Under the pieces are notes generated by a model. That model was not told where the DNA came from. It saw only the letters and a list, made by a program, of their open reading frames with translations, and searched no databases. DNA of 64,000 nt, taken from an archaeon 13_1_40CM_2_52_13 (GTDB lineage: Archaea > Thermoproteota > Bathyarchaeia > 40CM-2-53-6). The stretch's first letter is position 1, and the number at the start of each line of letters is the position of its first letter. Below, piece after piece: positions 58,871 to 64,000 of the stretch. The translations under genes were made by a program, and so were the position numbers. The DNA lies in NCBI GenBank assembly GCA_001919285.1, contig MNHO01000049.1:17746-81745 (forward strand). Reading direction: 5' to 3'.

Positions 58871-59908
58871 TTGGGTGTCGATCTTGGGGATCTCGTTCCG
58901 CATCGAAAGATAACTCTTGATGAGCTGTCAAGCAAGACGTTCGCTGTGGACGCTTACAATGCACTCTACCAGTTCCTCGCGATAATAAGAGGCCCGACGG
59001 GAGCCCCTTTGATGGACAGGCAGGGCCGCGTGACGAGTCATCTCAGCGGTCTTCTCTACCGGACAACAAATCTTGCGGAGCGTAGAATACGTCTCGTCTA
59101 CGTTTTCGACGGGGTACCTCCAGCTCTGAAGGAGACCGAGATCAAACGGCGACGAGCCGTCAAAGAAGAGGCCACGGTAAAGTATGAAGCAGCAGTTTCT
59201 CGAGGTGAGGTTGAAGAGGCCAAGAAATACGCCCAGGCTACCGCGAGTCTGAAAGACATGATGGTTGAAGACGCTCAACGACTCCTCGAATACATTGGAG
59301 TTCCATACGTGCAGGCTCCTTCCGAAGGAGAGGCGCAGGCGGCGTACATGGCCGCTCGCGGTGACGTCTCGGCCGCAGTCAGTCAAGACTACGACTCGTT
59401 ATTGTTCGGCGCAACTAGACTAGTCAGGAACCTTGCAATAAGCGGAAGGCGGAAGTTGCCGATGAGACAGGCGTATGTGCAGGTGGATCCTGAGATCATT
59501 GAGCTAGTGGCCACGTTGGAATCGCTCGGGCTAACCAGAGAACAACTAATAGATCTCGGAATCCTGATAGGCACCGATTTCAATCCAGACGGATTCAAGG
59601 GTATCGGTCCGAAAACAGCCCTCAAGCTGCTACGGGAGAGTGGCAATATTGAGAATGTAGCCCAAAAGAATCCGAATGTCAAGCCGCCAACAAACCTGAA
59701 TCGGATCAGGCAAATCTTCCTCAAACCCGAAGTCACTTCACATTACACTCTTCGTTGGAAGGAGCCTCAAACAGAGGAACTTGTCAGATTCCTCTGCGGG
59801 GAGAGGGATTTCAATGAAGAAAGAGTAAGGACCGCTGTAGAGAGAGCCAAGAGTGCTATAGCAAAGGACTCGGGAAAACAAACCCTCGAATCATTCTTTC
59901 ATACATAA
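58871..59908 (+). CDS. fen: Flap endonuclease 1
   Basis: DAYNALYQFLA.IR, VFDG, APSEGEAQAA, SQDYDSLLFG, GTDFN..G.KGIGPK, PIP box QTLESFF. Confidence 0.97.
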   Translation: MGVDLGDLVPHRKITLDELSSKTFAVDAYNALYQFLAIIRGPTGAPLMDRQGRVTSHLSGLLYRTTNLAERRIRLVYVFDGVPPALKETEIKRRRAVKEEATVKYEAAVSRGEVEEAKKYAQATASLKDMMVEDAQRLLEYIGVPYVQAPSEGEAQAAYMAARGDVSAAVSQDYDSLLFGATRLVRNLAISGRRKLPMRQAYVQVDPEIIELVATLESLGLTREQLIDLGILIGTDFNPDGFKGIGPKTALKLLRESGNIENVAQKNPNVKPPTNLNRIRQIFLKPEVTSHYTLRWKEPQTEELVRFLCGERDFNEERVRTAVERAKSAIAKDSGKQTLESFFHT

Positions 59909-59940
59909 CTGACGGCCCAAAATTGCAGAAATGAACTAAG

Positions 59941-60414
59941 TTGACTCGCGGAAAAATCGTTCTAGCGACCGGAGCCTTCGATCTCCTCCACCTTGGCCAC
60001 GTCAGGTTCCTGGAAGCCTCCAAGAGAAAGGGGGGCCCTAGAGCCAAGTTGATCGTGGTCGTTGCTCGAGACAAAACCGTCTTTAGTCGGAAAGGACGAA
60101 TGCCAATCTTGCCTGAAGATCAGAGAAGGGAGCTTGTAGGCTCCCTGCGAGTGGTCGACAAAGCGGTCCTCGGTCATGCGCATCTCGATCTCTTGGGCAT
60201 ATTGCGGGAGGTTAGCCCGGACATCATCTGTGTCGGATATGACCAAGAGCAGATCAAGGCCTCAGTCGAGAAGATTCTCAGAGGGCAACGTCTCCCTATT
60301 CGGGTTGTGCAGATTCCGAAGTTCGGACCTAATGGGCTGAGTAGCAGTACGGAGATCAAACAGCGGGTGGCAAGACGCTGGACAAATCGGGCTAAGCCCC
60401 GAAAAGCACCCTGA
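59941..60414 (+). CDS. ribL: FAD synthase (cytidylyltransferase family)
   Basis: GAFDLLHLGH, VVVARD, GYDQ, SST; convergent with ribK. Confidence 0.85.
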   Translation: MTRGKIVLATGAFDLLHLGHVRFLEASKRKGGPRAKLIVVVARDKTVFSRKGRMPILPEDQRRELVGSLRVVDKAVLGHAHLDLLGILREVSPDIICVGYDQEQIKASVEKILRGQRLPIRVVQIPKFGPNGLSSSTEIKQRVARRWTNRAKPRKAP

Positions 60415-61063
60415 TGTTGACCGAGTCACCGTCCTTCAGGTTGAAACGGGTCCTCAACTTCTCAGGCGAGATGATTTCGATGACATCTTCTCCATAGTGA
60501 GCTCTTACGGGAACGATTACTGCCCCTTGCACCTCTCCGTTGATGATGGCTCGATAACTCTTCACCCCTCCGTAGGTACGTGTCTTGTTCGCAAATCCTT
60601 CTATTTCGATGAAGGGATTACTTTCGAGTTCTCGTCGCGCGCCTAGGTCTTCTTTTCTCACTCTGAGGTTCAACGTTCCGGGAAACGGATCGAATCCTAG
60701 TTTGGACCTAAACTGCTTCCTGTATCCTTCCAAGCCCATGTAGTAGGCGCCTTCAGACAGACCGGAGAAGACGAGCGCATTAATCTCCACCTCAGCTTTC
60801 GGAGCCTCGAAAACCGATCTTAACACTCGATACATCTGGGTCAGACTGTCCAGACCCTCCTTTGTTATCCTAACTGTCTGGGTTCTTCGCTCAGCGGATC
60901 TGGTGAGAAGACCTAGCCTCTCCATCTCGATCAGTCTACGAGAAGCAGTCTGCTGAGATACGCCGATGCTCTTTGCTACGAAGCTGGTGCTGTAGGGCAC
61001 ATTCCGTTGATAAGCTCCCATCTCGGCAAGCTTGTACAATGCGAGGAGATGCGAAGGCTTCAG
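60392..61063 (-). CDS. ribK: CTP-dependent riboflavin kinase with N-terminal HTH; start probably CTG 61063
   Basis: SQQTASR.L HTH, SG..EG.YY, PFPGTLN, RAHY, E.ISP..LR; the CTG overlaps the nfi stop as CTGA. Confidence 0.9.
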   Translation of the reverse strand: MKPSHLLALYKLAEMGAYQRNVPYSTSFVAKSIGVSQQTASRRLIEMERLGLLTRSAERRTQTVRITKEGLDSLTQMYRVLRSVFEAPKAEVEINALVFSGLSEGAYYMGLEGYRKQFRSKLGFDPFPGTLNLRVRKEDLGARRELESNPFIEIEGFANKTRTYGGVKSYRAIINGEVQGAVIVPVRAHYGEDVIEIISPEKLRTRFNLKDGDSVNIRVLFGA

Positions 61064-61704
61064 TTTGAAGCACTCTGCTTTAGGTGGATTGATTCGAGAT
61101 GTGCCTGTCGAAGTGGAGACGGATGGCCATTCACGATCGACTTTTCAACCAGATTGGACGCGGTCTCAAGAGAGATTCTGTGGCCGACGCTCACGTAGAA
61201 TTTTCGATTCGGCGCCGTTAGGATTGTCCCGATCACCTCACCCTCTGTGTTTAATATCTTGCTATCCTCTGCCTTTCCATACAAGCGGGACTTCGCTACT
61301 CCGATCGTAGGCGTGTCCAATGCCAATCCAACATGACACGCCAAACCGAATTTTCGGGGATGCGCGACTCCTTGTCCATCAACGAGGAACACATCGGGTT
61401 TCTGTCGGATCTTCTCCACGATCCTAACGAGAAGAGGTCCTTCTCGGAACCCAAGAAAACCAGGAACATATTTCGTCGACACACTATCGACGAAGGTCGC
61501 TGTCTCAATAATCTCCCTGTTCATGACGTCCCAGACGGAAGCAGCGACAAACGCAGTGTCGCCCTCATAGGCTGCGTCCATCCCGCACAAGAATCGAGGC
61601 TCGAAGTTAGGCTCGTCGATGCTCTTAATTCGTTTAGACAGGTCTCGCTGTAGTGATGCAGCGTGATCAGTGTCTACGAACTGGAATAGTTTTCCCGATG
61701 TCAA
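61060..61704 (-). CDS. nfi: Endonuclease V
   Basis: GMDAAY, YVPG.L.FRE, VDGQG.AHPR..GLACH, GVAKSRL, SVGH. Confidence 0.95.
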   Translation of the reverse strand: MTSGKLFQFVDTDHAASLQRDLSKRIKSIDEPNFEPRFLCGMDAAYEGDTAFVAASVWDVMNREIIETATFVDSVSTKYVPGFLGFREGPLLVRIVEKIRQKPDVFLVDGQGVAHPRKFGLACHVGLALDTPTIGVAKSRLYGKAEDSKILNTEGEVIGTILTAPNRKFYVSVGHRISLETASNLVEKSIVNGHPSPLRQAHLESIHLKQSASN

Positions 61705-62339
61705 TTCTTCGAAGAGGCACTTAGCCTCTTCTCCAATCTGTCCAGCGATTGTTCCAGAGCGAAGCGTCTTACCTCGGTGACCACATCGCCTCGAGTGGAT
61801 TCAATGATGCGCCGGTCAGCATCCATCTTGACCCTGAACGTAGGAATGATCGATGTGTGTTCGAGAGTCTGAAGATCGTCGTAAATGCCCTCCATGGCTC
61901 CTAGAAGCTTTTCCGCCCCTCTCACTTCGCCCCTGCGAAGGCAATTCAGGGCCATTCTCCGAAACTCGCCCACGGCATCGAGCAATCCCAGTACATAGCT
62001 CCGATTATCCGTCTTCAATTCAGAAATTGTAGGAATCCGCTCGCGCTGCGCGAAGGATCGAAGGGTCATAGCTTCCACATATTCCTGGAATGCGACGACC
62101 ACCCCTGACGAGGTCTTGAACTCAGAGAAGTCGTTTGCGAGGATCTCTATCTTGCTCAAGATCTGTTCAACCTTCCGGAGTGTATTTGACGCGGAGTCAA
62201 TGTCTCCTCGATGAATCTCCAGAATCGACGACCCCGCGAGCCTCGTCGCAGTCCTCGACAGGCTCAGTACTGCTTCGCGGGCGTCGTCATAATGAACGAG
62301 CTGCTTCTGAATCGAAGCGAGGTCTCTCTTACTCAACAT
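61701..62339 (-). CDS. Translin/Trax family protein
   Basis: RE.....SR, QEYVEA, Y.LGLLD.VGE.RR, R.K.D. Confidence 0.85.
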   Translation of the reverse strand: MLSKRDLASIQKQLVHYDDAREAVLSLSRTATRLAGSSILEIHRGDIDSASNTLRKVEQILSKIEILANDFSEFKTSSGVVVAFQEYVEAMTLRSFAQRERIPTISELKTDNRSYVLGLLDAVGEFRRMALNCLRRGEVRGAEKLLGAMEGIYDDLQTLEHTSIIPTFRVKMDADRRIIESTRGDVVTEVRRFALEQSLDRLEKRLSASSKN

Positions 62340-62406
62340 ACGAGCTCAGCCTAGAGCCCACTCGGGCGAATGACCCTATAACAGAATTTGCCTGCGAGTC
62401 TCGTGA

Positions 62407-63012
62407 TTAGGCGAACTTTTGGGACTCTTCCTTAATCCCGTTATGTGTAATTATCAAGAGGTCGACCCCATCGCCGCTTGAGATGTCGCGTGCTACAGCG
62501 GACTTTATCGCCCTGAGAATCAGAGGTCTACCTTCCTCCACAGATAGGCCGTCTCTGTATTCTGATTCAAGAACTCCCATGGCAATCTCTGCGCCAGTCC
62601 CGACAGCAGCAAACTTGTCTCCGAGAACCGACCCAATAGGGTCCAACACGAAGAGTTCAGGAACACCGTCATCTATACCTGCAATTATCGTCTGCGCAAG
62701 GTAAGGAAAGAGACGTCTGCTAGAGAGGATTGACGCGAAAAGTTTCGCAGTGTTCTTGACCGTGCCTGGTCTTCCCCGTTCATATCGGTATATGCTCATG
62801 TAAGCGTTCGCCTCTCGGGCAAGAACTTGCATGTCGCCAATTATTCCAGCGCAGCCTACTCCTATGTTATCTGTAATCTTGAAGACTTTCTTGGCTACCT
62901 TGCTCATCACGAAGGTTCCGTATGAATATCTCCGTTCAGACGCTAGAATAGCGCCATCTTTACAGACGAGCCCCACGGTCGTGGCTCCAGGCATGAAGCC
63001 TTCTTCGCTCAT
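62407..63012 (-). CDS. psmB: Second proteasome beta subunit (Thr1 replaced by Ala, probably non-catalytic)
   Basis: PGATTVG, ASERR, KKVFKI, DPIGS, GTGAEIA, RDISSGDG. Confidence 0.92.
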   Translation of the reverse strand: MSEEGFMPGATTVGLVCKDGAILASERRYSYGTFVMSKVAKKVFKITDNIGVGCAGIIGDMQVLAREANAYMSIYRYERGRPGTVKNTAKLFASILSSRRLFPYLAQTIIAGIDDGVPELFVLDPIGSVLGDKFAAVGTGAEIAMGVLESEYRDGLSVEEGRPLILRAIKSAVARDISSGDGVDLLIITHNGIKEESQKFA

Positions 63013-63096
63013 AAATCGCGCCGATCGCGGAGACCCTAGTTCTGTTGCTATAAAGGTAGCGTCGAGTGTGCGACCGCCAGTCGCAGTGGGTTGAAC

Positions 63097-63654
63097 CTAT
63101 GCAGAGATGTGGTCTCGCAGCTTTCGATCGGGACGAGCGCGAATTCCGTAGGGTACGTACGGATTGTTCCAGTCGATAGGTCCGACGGAGAATCTGTTTT
63201 GGAAACGTCCCAGCACAAGGTCCCAGTTCCAGATGGAGAAGTCAAAAAATTCGTCCCACTCTTCACCTTCTAGGAACCCCGAGTGAACTAGGTCCAATTT
63301 CACAACTCCTCCTTTTGCAACCTGGTCGAACATCACATCGACTCTTGAGCGCAACCTTCGCACATTTGGAAACTGGGGAGGCGCGATGAATTCAAACGCG
63401 AGATGCTTTAGAGGTTCGACAGCCAAGACCTTGCACCCTTCAGTCCCCTGGAACCCTTTAGGCGCTTTCAGACTCAAGAAGAGTTCGTAGTGACCTCCAA
63501 CCACCGATTCGATGTTGGCCTTCGGTACGAAGAAGCTGGTTACCCCTTCAACGGTGGTCCAAGCCTTCCAAGCATCTTCGAGCGTGGTGGTTGCGACCGT
63601 TTCTCTTCTTATGACCTTTGAAGAATTGATCAAGTTCTCACTCCTTTCAAGCAT
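63097..63654 (-). CDS. SRPBCC/AHSA1 (START-like) domain protein
   Basis: AW.AWTT.EG...FF, GG.YE, GC.VL, L.H.GF; ATG 63654 preferred because it avoids overlap with the next gene. Confidence 0.75.
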   Translation of the reverse strand: MLERSENLINSSKVIRRETVATTTLEDAWKAWTTVEGVTSFFVPKANIESVVGGHYELFLSLKAPKGFQGTEGCKVLAVEPLKHLAFEFIAPPQFPNVRRLRSRVDVMFDQVAKGGVVKLDLVHSGFLEGEEWDEFFDFSIWNWDLVLGRFQNRFSVGPIDWNNPYVPYGIRARPDRKLRDHISA

Positions 63655-63680
63655 TTGAAGGCGGTGGTCGACATCATCCC

Positions 63681-64000
63681 TTATGCGGTGACCTCGAGTT
63701 TGTCCATTGAAACGCCAACCATTTTGCAAGCCTCACAAATCTCCAACGTAGTAGGTTCGCCGCAGGATCGGCACGATCTTAGCACTGAGTCGGGAACGCC
63801 TGGCTCTGCGAGAGCTCGGAGCTTGGTCATAGCACGGTACGACGAGAACAGTACTCCCGGATGTGCGAGTTCAAGCCTATTGAGCATCGTTCTCAGTTCA
63901 TTCCTCAAAGCTTCAGTCATGTAAGGGCAAGACGCCGACTGGAAGGTTAGGCCTTCCGCGTACCCATATAGCGCTACTTCTTTCTCTGGCACCTCGCAGA
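63681..64000 (-). CDS. TIGR00269/Ncs6-TtuA family tRNA thiolation protein, C-terminal part (partial)
   Basis: PEKEVALY, CPY....LR, LE..HPG, C..CGEP....IC..C. Confidence 0.85.
   Translation of the reverse strand, partial: CEVPEKEVALYGYAEGLTFQSASCPYMTEALRNELRTMLNRLELAHPGVLFSSYRAMTKLRALAEPGVPDSVLRSCRSCGEPTTLEICEACKMVGVSMDKLEVTA

Noticed and set aside
1..64000. Many short antisense or nested ORFs in the track; CRISPR arrays; IS elements
   Set aside because: The short ORFs shadow well-supported genes and have no motifs. I saw no regularly spaced repeat-spacer array, transposase or terminal inverted repeats.

Overview
Gene-dense archaeal chromosomal segment from a TACK-type archaeon; Bathyarchaeia-like is my inference from gene content and style. 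It is mostly housekeeping and metabolic genes: hut cluster, nop5-fibrillarin, pyrD, guaB, ahcY, HMG-CoA synthase-DUF35 fusion, trpB2, hsp20, endA, glyS, rpoP, LSm, aCPSF1, two proteasome beta subunits, rtcA, dph5, larB/larE, fen1, ribL/ribK, nfi and translin. I saw no CRISPR array, transposase or prophage. The main result is a 22-nt insert (56021-56042) in the protein-coding gene pcm. It folds into a canonical bulge-helix-bulge (BHB) motif, and cutting it at the standard endonuclease positions restores the frame and the conserved QTISAPHMVA motif, making it a candidate archaeal mRNA intron outside cbf5. The window also holds a tRNA-Lys(CTT) with three non-canonical BHB introns and an EndA carrying the broad-specificity loop. 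Other leads are probable CTG/ATA start codons, a half-size DOHH-like HEAT protein, an orphan RRE-SagB dehydrogenase, a receptor-like KaiC ATPase, a structured guaB leader and a palindromic operator pair upstream of hsp20. All protein calls come from motif recognition by eye; no database searches were run.
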